Assembly (NCBI GenBank): GCA_964291655.2
Contig: OZ219802.1
Span: forward strand, 736,001-800,000
Origin: Chloroflexota bacterium
Lineage (GTDB): Bacteria; Chloroflexota; UBA11872; VXOZ01
DNA: 64,000 bases
Direction: 5' to 3'
Of the stretch, positions 29,523 through 39,266 are shown one piece after another (the stretch's first letter is position 1; the number at the start of each line of letters is the position of its first letter). The position numbers and the translations under genes were made by a program. The notes under the pieces were generated by a model. The model worked only from the letters and a program-made list of their open reading frames with translations. It was not told the DNA's origin and made no database searches.

Positions 29523-30953
29523 ATGAAGAATGGATTGATCCCATCTGAACACTCGCGTCGAACTGTGCTACGCACGCTGGGCGCATTTGGCCTTGGCGGC
29601 GCGGCAACGCTCTTCTCTGCGTGCTCCGGCATAAACCGCCGCCGCTGCGACGGCCCGTGCGTTCCCACGCCTACGCCGTTTATCCCAATCACGCCGACTC
29701 CGGTGGAAGGTCCCAAACCCATCATCCGCAGTCCGGGGCTGGTGACATTTTGGACCTGGGCCACAGGGCCCACCCAGCAGTGGCTCACTGACGTACACAA
29801 CCTGTTTGCTGCCCGCACGGGCAACACACTCGAGCCGGTATTTCTCGGTAGCCAACGCGAGGTGGAGAATAGGCTTGCACAAGCTACGGCAGCGGGCACA
29901 GGCGGACCGGACGCTGTGCACGTGCCTATGGGAGCGCTCCCAAGCTGGGCGGAGGCATCGCTGGTGCGAGACCTCACCCCTTACCTCGAGTGGCCGCGCA
30001 CCGTAAACCTGCAGCAATTCGTGAAAGGCGTGCTCCCGTACGCTACTGTGAACGGAAATGTGTACGGTGTCCCCTATGATGATCCCCAGGCTATCGGACT
30101 GGCGCTGAACGTGAAGCACCTGGAAGATGCCGGCATGACCGTAGACGTGGAAGCCTTCAAGCAGTGGGGTTGGGAAAACCTGCGGGAAGCTGCCGCACAG
30201 CTGACCCAGCGGCAAGGCGACACCGTCACGCGTCCTGGCATGCACGTGAGCTCCAACTGGCTCCAAGTCCTGACCTGGCTCTACAGCAATAACACCGGGT
30301 TCTTCCAGAATAACGCCGATGGCGGGTCGGTGGTGGTGAACAATGCCGATGCGCAAGCAGCGCTTCAGTTCCTGGCTGACATGGTCACTGAGGATAAGGT
30401 CAGCGGCGACCCGTCGCCTTTCGTGGACACGGCAAACCTCTTCGTCCGCGGGCGCACCTCGATGGCGGTGGTGAATGCGGACGCGATCAATCACGCGGTG
30501 CGTGTGCAGTCGGAGGAACAATCCGACGATCCGGAATTGCAATTCCACTGGCTGCCGCTGCCCAAGGGTCCGAGTGGCAGCACGGGCGCTACTCAGGTGT
30601 GGTCGCACCAGATAGCCATTCCGGAAGTCGCCGGCAATCCAACGTCCGGGTGGGATCTCCTAACTTTCCTCTACACCAGAGAAACGCTCCAGGACTACCT
30701 GGGCAACACCAGCATGACCCTGCCGTTCAAACCCCAATGGAAGTATCCCATGGCCAAGCTGGTGACAAACTTCACTCCCACCTATACGGAGTACCTGGAC
30801 CTGCTCGATCAGGAAAGCCCCTCGCCGGTGCAGGGCCGCCAAGCCCTGGGGCGCAATCTGGCCCTGCCGCTGCGCCAAGCAATCTCCGGTCAGGTGTCCG
30901 TCGCGGATGCCATGCCTGCGATCGAACGAGCCGTGCGCACCGCAGTCTCGTAG
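29523..30953 (+). CDS. Extracellular solute-binding lipoprotein (carbohydrate-type ABC), Tat signal
   Basis: SRRTVL..FSAC, GPDAV, YGVP, PLPKGP; GGAGG RBS. Confidence 0.85.
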   Translation: MKNGLIPSEHSRRTVLRTLGAFGLGGAATLFSACSGINRRRCDGPCVPTPTPFIPITPTPVEGPKPIIRSPGLVTFWTWATGPTQQWLTDVHNLFAARTGNTLEPVFLGSQREVENRLAQATAAGTGGPDAVHVPMGALPSWAEASLVRDLTPYLEWPRTVNLQQFVKGVLPYATVNGNVYGVPYDDPQAIGLALNVKHLEDAGMTVDVEAFKQWGWENLREAAAQLTQRQGDTVTRPGMHVSSNWLQVLTWLYSNNTGFFQNNADGGSVVVNNADAQAALQFLADMVTEDKVSGDPSPFVDTANLFVRGRTSMAVVNADAINHAVRVQSEEQSDDPELQFHWLPLPKGPSGSTGATQVWSHQIAIPEVAGNPTSGWDLLTFLYTRETLQDYLGNTSMTLPFKPQWKYPMAKLVTNFTPTYTEYLDLLDQESPSPVQGRQALGRNLALPLRQAISGQVSVADAMPAIERAVRTAVS

Positions 30954-30991
30954 CAAGCGGTTCGAGAATTCTGCATTGACGGGAAGGACTG

Positions 30992-31143
30992 CCGGTAGCG
31001 TAGGTTCGCACGGAGACGTGCGCGCAACCTGCGCCCAATTCCCACATTCGCCGCGCATGAGCGCCGGGAGGTTGAGAATGCAACCTGCGCCTGCTTCCCA
31101 CCATGTCGCGCATGAGCGCCAGTAGCGTAGGTTTGCAACCTGC
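30992..31143. repeat. Degenerate GTAG-type REP cluster
   Basis: gtagcgtaggtt...gcaacctgcg repeated, for example gtagcgtaggtttgcaacctgcg at about 31122. Confidence 0.6.
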
Positions 31144-31314
31144 GTCTGCTTCTCACCTTGCCGAACATGGCTAAACGAGCAATTGCCCAACGTCACAATT
31201 GTGTTTATCCACTTTGGCACCGTCTTCTGGCAAGAAGCCGCCGCGAGTCACAGCCGCCACCCTCCCTCGTCGGTCCGGCTACGCCAACAAATGCAGCAGC
31301 GCGGTATGTGTAAT

Positions 31315-31360
31315 ACAAAGAGAGCAGTGTCAACACTCTGGTTGACACTGCTCTCTTTGT
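31315..31360. terminator. Perfect 20-bp inverted repeat downstream of tRNA-Ser(GCT), likely terminator
   Basis: acaaagagagcagtgtcaac-actctg-gttgacactgctctctttgt. Confidence 0.8.
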
Positions 31361-31368
31361 TTGTCGCT

Positions 31369-31462
31369 TGGCGGAGGGGGAGGGATTCGAACCCTCGGTG
31401 GAGCTATTAACCCCACTGTCGCTTAGCAGGCGACCGCACTAGACCAACTATGCGACCCCTCC
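31369..31462 (-). tRNA. tRNA-Ser(GCT)
   Basis: GGAGGGG/CCCCTCC acceptor stem, GTCGC-CTGCTAA-GCGAC anticodon arm, long variable arm, GTTCGAATC, G discriminator, encoded CCA. Confidence 0.97.
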
Positions 31463-31807
31463 CTGCGCTCCTGTGCGTAATCCGAAGACCTTAAGGTCGA
31501 TCCCCGAAATTGCGCGGAGCTACTCTCATTATAGCCTATCAGGCAACTTGCCCATCGACCGTCAATGCCGGCTCTTTCGACAGCACGGCGTCGCAAGCAG
31601 TTCATGGGGGATTTGGCTTTGATTCCTATATTGCAGACCAGGGGCAAGGAAATGGGGCGGTTATTGCGAATCTTACTTGAAGCGTAGCCGCTGAACTCTG
31701 GTTCTTGGAATCAATCGCGCTTCCCCTTCCCATCTCGCTAAGTGGTGAAAGAAGATTAGAACCAAGAATGCCACGACATCCGGCAACAGTGGACCGCCCA
31801 CACTCCC

Positions 31808-31834
31808 CTGGATTCCGGCTTTCGCCGGAATGAC
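31808..31834. repeat. CGTC-type REP palindrome
   Basis: ctggattccggctttcgccggaatgac; relatives at 61765-61841 and 63925-63950. Confidence 0.7.
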
Positions 31835-31917
31835 TCTTCCAATCTTAGGCTTCTAGATGGACTGACGACTCGGCTCTTGCGCCGTCCCAAACCATTGCGG
31901 TAGCTCAACATCAACGG

Positions 31918-32000
31918 CGGAGGGGGAGGGATTCGAACCCCCGGACCTTTCGGTCAATGGTTTTCAAGACCATCTCCATAAACCACTCGGACACCCCTCC
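31918..32000 (-). tRNA. tRNA-Ser(TGA)
   Basis: GGAGGGG/CCCCTCC stem, ATGGT-CTTGAAA-ACCAT anticodon arm, GACC-GAAA-GGTC variable arm, GTTCGAATC; followed by CCG rather than CCA; TATAAT on the minus strand at 32019-32024. Confidence 0.96.
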
Positions 32001-32141
32001 AAGTCACGGTTCTATTGAATTATACCGCAGAATCATCCATCCAAATGAGGTCTCGGTGCCACTGCGCAAGAGCATAGTGTACGGCATGTGCATGGAGGGA
32101 TACGTGGACGATCCGATGGCAACCAAGAACGAAGAAATCTG

Positions 32142-32441
32142 TCACGCCTCAGCAGCTTCCTCTTCTGCGCCTGCCGGTTTGCCGAGGTTGAAGCCGCCTT
32201 CTTCCGTGAAGCTCAAGACTACGCCGTCGAGGGTGCGCATACTTAGCTTATCTACCAGCACCTTCAGGCCGTGCTGTTCGCTGACCTCGTCGTTCTTGCC
32301 GGGATTCTCCTCGCTCGACATGCCGAATTGCATGCCGTCCGCGCCAGGGCGGATGAATACCCGCAGGTACATTTCGCCCTCGCCTTCCGATTCCATTTGT
32401 GACTTGATGAGTTGCGCCGCAGCTTCCGTAATCGTGAACAT
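32142..32441 (-). CDS. HesB/IscA-like protein lacking all cysteines
   Basis: MFTITEAAA..LRVFI..D.V.EQHGLKVLVD.LS..TLDG..L.F..GGF pattern; GGAGAGG RBS. Confidence 0.78.
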   Translation of the reverse strand: MFTITEAAAQLIKSQMESEGEGEMYLRVFIRPGADGMQFGMSSEENPGKNDEVSEQHGLKVLVDKLSMRTLDGVVLSFTEEGGFNLGKPAGAEEEAAEA

Positions 32442-32922
32442 ACATCCTCTCCCAGGTGTGGGATTCTGTGGTGGATTTCGATTTCAGGCTAAAGCGTAGC
32501 ATGCGGCAGATACGCCGTAAATGCGATAGACAATGTCCCTTCCGCGCGTGAGCGTATGGGTTGGCCGGCTTCAACCGGCCGGCTAACCAGTAAAGTAGCC
32601 CTGAGACATAGCCTGGAACGCAATTCCAGGAGCAGACGGCATGCTGGAAAACTCATCGGCTAACGCAGCATACCGGGCCGCTCCCGGTCAAGCGCCCCTG
32701 AGCACAGGCTTACTCGCGAGTGAGTACCCCCACCGTGGCGATGGCAGGCACCCGGTAGTGGCACAAGGCCTTGCGCTTAGGTATTCTTTAACAGGAATAG
32801 ACGAGAAGGCTCTCCGGCACTGGTGTTGCGTGAGCTCAGAGCCTCGCAAACGCTATCCGCTGCGCATCGAATTGTGAAGTGCCGGGTCAGCCAGCAGTCT
32901 GCCGCGAACCGGGAAAGACGCA

Positions 32923-33642
32923 ATGAGCACCGATATAGAACCGCGTTTTGATCGCTCTCAGATCACCGAGGCCGACATCGAGTACCAGCGTAATCATCGG
33001 AACATGCGCAACTGGTTCTGGTACTTCATTGTTGGCGGCCTTATCCTCTTGCCGCTCTTCCATCTCTATTTGGGACTGCGCGTCAGCGGACGCAAACCGC
33101 CGCGATCAGGGCCGCTGCTCATCATCTGCAACCACCGTAACAACCTTGACCCGTTTGCCATGGGCGTAGCGTGCCCCCACCGTGCGCTCACATTCATGGC
33201 CAAGGTGGAGCTCTTCCGCAGCTCAATATTGCGCTTCATGCTGCCCCGTTGGGGAACATATCCAATCATTCGCCAAACCAATGACGTGCGCAGCGTGCGC
33301 ATTCTCATGCAATTGCTCAAACAAGACGAAGCCGTAGTCCTCTTCCCGGAAGGCACGCGCAGCCGCACCGGCGAGGTCGGACCGTTCAACTCCGGCTTTG
33401 TGCGCATTGCGGTGCGCCAGCGGGTGCCCATAGTCCTCGCCGCTATTCGGAACACCGAAAAGGCGTTGCCGAGGGGCAGCCGGTACCCCATCCCAAGGGT
33501 GGGCGTTACCGTGACGTTCGCTGAGCCGCTTGAACTCGACGATCACTACGGCAAGAAGCTCACGGGGGACGAGGCAGACGCCCTTGCCGAGTCTCTGCGG
33601 CAGCGGCTCATTGCATTGCTTGATGAGCGTGTGCCCGCCTAA
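32923..33642 (+). CDS. plsC: 1-acyl-sn-glycerol-3-phosphate acyltransferase
   Basis: NHRNNLD (HxxxxD), FMAKVELF, FPEGTRS. Confidence 0.9.
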   Translation: MSTDIEPRFDRSQITEADIEYQRNHRNMRNWFWYFIVGGLILLPLFHLYLGLRVSGRKPPRSGPLLIICNHRNNLDPFAMGVACPHRALTFMAKVELFRSSILRFMLPRWGTYPIIRQTNDVRSVRILMQLLKQDEAVVLFPEGTRSRTGEVGPFNSGFVRIAVRQRVPIVLAAIRNTEKALPRGSRYPIPRVGVTVTFAEPLELDDHYGKKLTGDEADALAESLRQRLIALLDERVPA

Positions 33643-33965
33643 CGCAAATCGCCTCTGTATTAGACTCTTTTGCCACGGTTGCTGCAGCCCTGGACGAGAT
33701 TGCAGAATATTAGCGCCATATAGACTTGACGAAGGGTCTTGGGAGCGCAGGTTGAGAGCTGCGATACGGTCAAACTCTCATCGCGCGGACACGCCAAGAA
33801 AGTGGAAGAGCCGCAGGCTTCATCACACACGACACGGAAGCATTCCATTCACAAGCCATAGTCTACGCGCGTTACTCCCACTCGGCCGGCAGAAGCAGAT
33901 GATTGTTTCAGCCGACTCTTCTCCGGTACAATGAGAGCAGGCATGCAGATAGCAGAAAGCACTCT

Positions 33966-34826
33966 ATGAACATCATCCTGGCAAAAGAAATGGGGTTTTG
34001 CTACGGCGTCAAGCGGGCCATCGAGATGACCCAGGCCGTAGCGAAAGAGAAGGGCGAGATACATACGCTGGGGCAGCTTGTCCACAACCCCTCAGTGATA
34101 GAGAAACTTCAAGATGATGGCATCAACGTCGTTGGCGACATGGAGGCTATTCCGCAGGACGGCATCGCCACCATCACTGCCCATGGCACCGGCAAAGCGG
34201 TCACCGCTCAAATAGCGGAACACAATCTCGAGCTCTTGGATGCTACCTGTCCCATCGTTTCGAAAGTGCACCGCATCGTGCAGGAGCATGCCGAGCGCGG
34301 CTATCAAATTCTCATCTTCGGCGACCCCACCCATAAGGAAGTGCGCGGCATTCTCGGCTGGTCGGATGGCCGCGGAGAAGCCGTGGCGAGCGCCGAGGCG
34401 CTGGACTCCGTGCGCTTGCGCCGCAAGATCTGCCTGGTCTCTCAAACCACACAAACGGTAGAGCGGTTTCAGGCAGTCGCCCGTCGTCTCATGGACCTGG
34501 CGCTTGAAGACGCGCTCGAAGTGCATGTCGTCAACACGCTCTGCTTTGCAACCACCAAGCAACAGGCAGCCGCGCGCGACATTCTCCCGCAGGTGGACGT
34601 GATGGTGGTAGTTGGCGGCCGCAATAGTGCCAATACCACTCACCTTGCGGAGATCTCCCGCGAGGAAGAAACGCCCACCTACCACATTGAATCAGCGGCT
34701 GAACTTGATCCTGCCTGGTTCAAGCACACGGAGAGCGTAGGCATCACCGCAGGCGCTTCGACACCGGATTGGTCGGTCCAAGAAGTCGTGACCCGGCTCA
34801 AAGAGCTTGACGCAGTTGCGTCCTAG
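33966..34826 (+). CDS. ispH: 4-hydroxy-3-methylbut-2-enyl diphosphate reductase
   Basis: GFCYGV.RA, AHG, DATCP, HKEV.G, SQTT, TLC.AT, SANT, ITAGASTP. Confidence 0.97.
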   Translation: MNIILAKEMGFCYGVKRAIEMTQAVAKEKGEIHTLGQLVHNPSVIEKLQDDGINVVGDMEAIPQDGIATITAHGTGKAVTAQIAEHNLELLDATCPIVSKVHRIVQEHAERGYQILIFGDPTHKEVRGILGWSDGRGEAVASAEALDSVRLRRKICLVSQTTQTVERFQAVARRLMDLALEDALEVHVVNTLCFATTKQQAAARDILPQVDVMVVVGGRNSANTTHLAEISREEETPTYHIESAAELDPAWFKHTESVGITAGASTPDWSVQEVVTRLKELDAVAS

Positions 34827-35159
34827 CCGGAGTCTGTAACCGGCTTGCGCGCCGTCCCTCAGGTGAGCAATGCCCAAGCCCAAAGTGATTTAGACAGGCG
34901 CAGCCGCTCCATTTGAGTTGCAATTCTGCGTGGCGCCCCCCTGTACCATGAGTACGTGGCGCCTCCTCCTACTCTCTTCACCGCCTAAGCGGCATGCAGT
35001 GGCGGCAATTTGCACCGTCTAACTGGTGTATAATTTGCATAGCTTTCCGGAAATCCCGCACATTGGAAGCGAGCGCGCGTGTCATCAAACACGGGCACAT
35101 CACCTATCAATGCAAAGGGGCACAATGTGTGCCCTGTCACATTTCGGCGGATCGACACT

Positions 35160-36518
35160 ATGAGCGCGACAACAAATCAAGCTGACTTTGAGACTCCATC
35201 TGCAGGTGCCACTACCGCCCCAAGCGGAATCGTCGCACTCATAGGACGCCCAAATGTGGGCAAGTCCAGCATCTTCAATCGGCTCCTCGGGCAACGACAG
35301 GCCGTCGTTGAAGACGTCCCCGGCACGACCCGCGACCGCGTCTACGGCGTAGTGGAATGGCAAGACCGCGCTTTCACCGTCACCGATACCGGGGGCATCA
35401 TCGAAGAGCGTGATGCGCTCGCTGAATCCATATATGAGCAAGTGCAAGCAGCCATAGAAGAGGCTACCGTCATCATCTTCGTCGTGGATTCACCGGCCGG
35501 CATTACACCACAGGACCATGAAATCGCCGCGCTCCTGCGCACCACGAAGAAGCCCGTCGTGATTGCCGCGAACAAAGCCGACAACGAAAACACCCATCTA
35601 CAGACGTATGAGTTCTACTCTTTAGGGATAGGTGACGTGATTTCGCTCTCGGCGCTGCACGGACTTGGCACGGGAGACCTGCTGGATGCCGTCTGCTCAC
35701 ATCTTCCCAAAGACGAGGCAGAAGAATCTGATCTAATGCTTCCCCGGTTCGCAATAGTGGGGCGGCCGAACGTGGGAAAATCGGCGCTGCTCAACGCGAT
35801 GCTCGGACACGAGCGTACAATCGTCAGCGATGTTCCCGGCACCACCCGCGACGCCATCGACAGCGTTGTCAACTACGGCGACGATACGGCAATTCTCATC
35901 GATACCGCCGGTATACGGCGGCGGGGCAAGGTGCAGCATGGCGTAGAGTCCCATAGCGTGCTCCGCACGGTACGCGCTCTAGAGCGCTGCAACGTCGCTC
36001 TCCTCCTCATCGACGCTGCTGAAGGACTGACTGCGCAGGATGTGCATATTGCCGGTTATGTCAATGAGGCCTATAAGGGTCTGGTCGTGCTAATCAACAA
36101 ATGGGACCTTGTTGACGCAGATGCCGGAGAAGTAAAACGCATGGTGCAGGGCCGGTTGCGCTGGATGCCGCACGCCCCGTTGGTAGTGTTGTCTGCCAAG
36201 ACAGGTTTTCATCTCAACCGCGTGCTGCCGGCAGCCTTGCAGGTCTTTGCCGAACGGGGCAAACGCATCACGACCGGCACACTCAACCGCGCACTGCGGG
36301 CGTGGTTGGCGAACCGCACCCTCTCCTCGAAGCGACGGCGACTGAGCATCTACTATGTAACCCAAGCAAGTACGCATCCACCGACGTTCATCTTCTCCGT
36401 AAACGACCCTTCCCTCGCTCATTTCTCGCACCGTCGCTTCTTGGAAAACAGAATCCGGCGGCACTTTGGATTCGAAGGGACGCCATTGCGTCTGCTCTTT
36501 CACGACCATCATGGCTGA
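35160..36518 (+). CDS. der: Ribosome biogenesis GTPase Der (EngA)
   Basis: Two GRPNVGKS / PGTTRD / DTxG / NKxD GTPase domains plus KH-like tail. Confidence 0.98.
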   Translation: MSATTNQADFETPSAGATTAPSGIVALIGRPNVGKSSIFNRLLGQRQAVVEDVPGTTRDRVYGVVEWQDRAFTVTDTGGIIEERDALAESIYEQVQAAIEEATVIIFVVDSPAGITPQDHEIAALLRTTKKPVVIAANKADNENTHLQTYEFYSLGIGDVISLSALHGLGTGDLLDAVCSHLPKDEAEESDLMLPRFAIVGRPNVGKSALLNAMLGHERTIVSDVPGTTRDAIDSVVNYGDDTAILIDTAGIRRRGKVQHGVESHSVLRTVRALERCNVALLLIDAAEGLTAQDVHIAGYVNEAYKGLVVLINKWDLVDADAGEVKRMVQGRLRWMPHAPLVVLSAKTGFHLNRVLPAALQVFAERGKRITTGTLNRALRAWLANRTLSSKRRRLSIYYVTQASTHPPTFIFSVNDPSLAHFSHRRFLENRIRRHFGFEGTPLRLLFHDHHG

Positions 36519-37137
36519 CCTTCTTGCATACGCCCTCTTTGTCGTTGTAGGCTATCTCGCCGGGTCTATTCCCAGCGGGTGGCTGGTTGCCCGTCTCTTT
36601 CATCAATCAGACATCCGTGAGCACGGCAGCGGCCGCACGGGTTCTACCAACGTGTGGCGCACGTTCGGTGTCGCCGCGGGAATTGTGTCTTTGCTTGGCG
36701 ATACGCTCAAGGTCATATTGCCGCTTGTCGCCATCAGATTACTCTTAGAAGGCAATTCGGAAGGCGAAGCCATAGTCGCCTTCGCGGCAATCATCGGGCA
36801 CAACTGGCCCCTGTTCATTGGTTTTCGCGGCGGCAGGGGCATCGTGCCGGGAGCCGCGGGCCTTGCCTTCATGGTGCCGCTAATTGTGGCGTTACTTTGG
36901 GTGGTTTTCTTGCCGGTCATGTTGATAAGCCGGCATGTCTCCCTCGCTTCTCTTACAACAGTGGCCGCCGCTCCGATTTTCATCGCAATTGCAATGCAAT
37001 GGTTCCACGTACCCGTGGTGTACTTGGTCTACGCAATAATTGGCGGCATCGTCATCATCGTGCAGCACCGTGACAACATAGCGCGGTTGCTCGCAGGCAC
37101 CGAGCGCCGCATCTCACTGGGACGCCGGAGCTCATGA
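36511..37137 (+). CDS. plsY: Glycerol-3-phosphate acyltransferase PlsY
   Basis: GYLAGSIP, DIR.HGSG..G.TN, GHNWP..GF.GGRG, HRDNI.RL. Confidence 0.96.
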   Translation: MADLLAYALFVVVGYLAGSIPSGWLVARLFHQSDIREHGSGRTGSTNVWRTFGVAAGIVSLLGDTLKVILPLVAIRLLLEGNSEGEAIVAFAAIIGHNWPLFIGFRGGRGIVPGAAGLAFMVPLIVALLWVVFLPVMLISRHVSLASLTTVAAAPIFIAIAMQWFHVPVVYLVYAIIGGIVIIVQHRDNIARLLAGTERRISLGRRSS

Positions 37138-37162
37138 CCCCCGCGCCCGATGGCATTCAGGA

Positions 37163-37912
37163 ATGCAATCCGTGCTATCAGTAGACGATCCCGGCGAAGT
37201 CCCGCACGAGTTTGACCGCGCGTCCGATGCGAATCGAGAGTCCGCTCCAGTCGTTTCCATCACTGCTCTCCGTCCCCAGGGAGCTAAGCAAGCCTACATC
37301 AAGGTAGAACTGAGCAGCGGCGAGCGCCTGCGATTGCGCTCGGAGACCGTTGCATCACGCGGGCTTAACGTAGGCGACACTGTCAATACTGCCGCCATTA
37401 TTGCCTGGCAACGTGATGACAGTAACCGTCGCGCCGTGGAAGCCAGCTTGAACTTCGTCTCCTATCGCCCTCGCAGCACGAAAGAGGTGGCCGACCACTT
37501 GCGCAAGAAGTCACTCGATGGGTCGGCGCGAGACCACGCAATCAGCCGCCTGCAAGAACTGGGGTACCTGGACGACACGGCATTCGCCCGCTTCTGGATA
37601 GAGAGCCGTGACACGCATCGCCCCAGAGGGAGAAGGGCGCTCGCATGGGAACTGCGAAAGAAGGGCGTTGCTGAGGAAGTCATTGAAGACGCGCTGGCGC
37701 GATTCGGGAGCGACGAGGCGACTTTGGCGCGCCAGGCCGCACGCAAGCGCGCAGCCACACTCAAGACCGCCGATCCTTACAAGTTTCGCCAGCAGCTTGG
37801 CGCGTTTCTTGCCCGCCGGGGATTCAGCTACGAGGTGATCGAGCAGGTTGTGGATGAGCTCTGGGAAGAACCGGGAATCGCTGAATCTCGTCGGTCGGAA
37901 CCGGTTGAATAA
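37163..37912 (+). CDS. recX: Regulatory protein RecX
   Basis: SYRPRS.KE, GYLDD.AFA, ELRKKGV, LARRGFS. Confidence 0.92.
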   Translation: MQSVLSVDDPGEVPHEFDRASDANRESAPVVSITALRPQGAKQAYIKVELSSGERLRLRSETVASRGLNVGDTVNTAAIIAWQRDDSNRRAVEASLNFVSYRPRSTKEVADHLRKKSLDGSARDHAISRLQELGYLDDTAFARFWIESRDTHRPRGRRALAWELRKKGVAEEVIEDALARFGSDEATLARQAARKRAATLKTADPYKFRQQLGAFLARRGFSYEVIEQVVDELWEEPGIAESRRSEPVE

Positions 37913-37959
37913 TGACTGCGCAGCGGCTTATGATGTATACAACAGGGGTTGCAAGACAG

Positions 37960-38000
37960 GAATCCGTTCAAGGTTCGACAGGCTCACCACGAACGGATTC
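37960..38000. repeat. REP-like hairpin of the ccgttc..ttcgac..gctca..gaacgg family
   Basis: gaatccgttcaaggttcgacaggctcaccacgaacggattc. Confidence 0.75.
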
Positions 38001-38016
38001 ACCCAGGAGAGCAATC

Positions 38017-38565
38017 ATGGCCAGCTCTACACCCACATTCAAATTCACGTACCAGGACTACCGCAACACGCCGGATGATAAGCGCTACGAGTTGTTGGAT
38101 GGAGACTTAGTTATGGCGCCAGCGCCCGGAGAGGCCCACCAAAGGACTTCCAGAAAACTTACCATGCTGCTAGGGCTGTCGGTTGAACGTACCGGTGTTG
38201 GCCACGTCTATGCTGCTCCTTTCGACGTAGTGCTCTCAGACACAGATGTAGTCCAGCCCGATTTGCTGTTCATCTCCAACGAGCGGGCGCACATCATTAC
38301 TGACGAGAACATTCAAGGCGCGCCCGACTTGGTTGTTGAAATCCTCTCTCCTTCCACGGCAGAGCGAGACCAGACCTTCAAACGATCGCTTTACGCCAAA
38401 CACGGCGTGAAGGAATACTGGCTGGTGGACACCGATGCCAAGACGGTGACGGTCCTCCTGCGGAATCCCCATGGCTTTGCGGTGGTAGGCGTGTGCGGTG
38501 AAGGCCAGACCCTGGATTCACCGACCCTTGAGAAGTTCATTATCAAACCCGACGAAATCTTCTAG
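38017..38565 (+). CDS. Uma2 (DUF820) family endonuclease, copy 1
   Basis: RYELLDG, HQR, VVQPDL, GAPDLVVEILSPST, GVKEYWLVD. Confidence 0.93.
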   Translation: MASSTPTFKFTYQDYRNTPDDKRYELLDGDLVMAPAPGEAHQRTSRKLTMLLGLSVERTGVGHVYAAPFDVVLSDTDVVQPDLLFISNERAHIITDENIQGAPDLVVEILSPSTAERDQTFKRSLYAKHGVKEYWLVDTDAKTVTVLLRNPHGFAVVGVCGEGQTLDSPTLEKFIIKPDEIF

Positions 38566-38641
38566 CTTGTGAACGCATTCATTACTGCTGAGACGGCCCG
38601 CTCTCACTGTACGACGTGGGCCGCGAGAGAGAATGGCAACC

Positions 38642-39190
38642 ATGGCTAGCTCTACACCGGCAATCAAGTTCACGTATGCGGACTACCGCAACACGCCGGA
38701 TGATAAGCGCTACGAGTTGTTGGACGGAGACTTGATAGTGACGCCAGCGCCCGGAACGGCACATCAGAGGGCATTGCGTAAACTCACCATTCTGCTCGGG
38801 CTGACAGTTGAACGTACCGGCGTTGGCGAGGTCTTCATTGCGCCCTGCGACGTGGTGCTCTCGGATACGGACGTTGTACAGCCAGACTTGTTGTTCGTCT
38901 CCAAAGAACGGGAACACATCATTACCGACGAAAACATCCAAGGCGCGCCCGACCTTGTTGTTGAAATCCTCTCTCCTTCCACGGCAGAACGGGGCCAAAC
39001 CTTCAAACGCTCGCTTTACGCCAAACACGGCGTGAAGGAATACTGGCTGGTGGACACCGATGCCAAGACGGTGACGGTCCTCCTGCGGAATCCCCAAGGC
39101 TTTGCGGTGGCAGGCGTGTGCGGTGAAGGCCAGGCCCTGGATTCACCGACCTTTGAGAAGTTTATCATCAAACCCGACGAAATCTTCTAG
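38642..39190 (+). CDS. Uma2 family endonuclease, copy 2
   Basis: Same motifs; starts 625 bp after copy 1. Confidence 0.93.
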   Translation: MASSTPAIKFTYADYRNTPDDKRYELLDGDLIVTPAPGTAHQRALRKLTILLGLTVERTGVGEVFIAPCDVVLSDTDVVQPDLLFVSKEREHIITDENIQGAPDLVVEILSPSTAERGQTFKRSLYAKHGVKEYWLVDTDAKTVTVLLRNPQGFAVAGVCGEGQALDSPTFEKFIIKPDEIF

Positions 39191-39266
39191 CTTGTGAACG
39201 CTTTCATTACTGCGGAGGCGGCCCGCTCTCACTATACGACGTGGGCCGCGAGAGAGAGTGGCAACC

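Noticed and set aside
31369-32000. Genomic island integrated at tRNA-Ser
   Set aside because: No integrase and no separate duplicated tRNA 3' fragment; the shared ends belong to two complete tRNAs.
35010-35034. Sigma70 promoter for der (TTGCAC...TATAAT)
   Set aside because: The spacer is only 13 nt; the -10 box may be real but the pair is not supportable.
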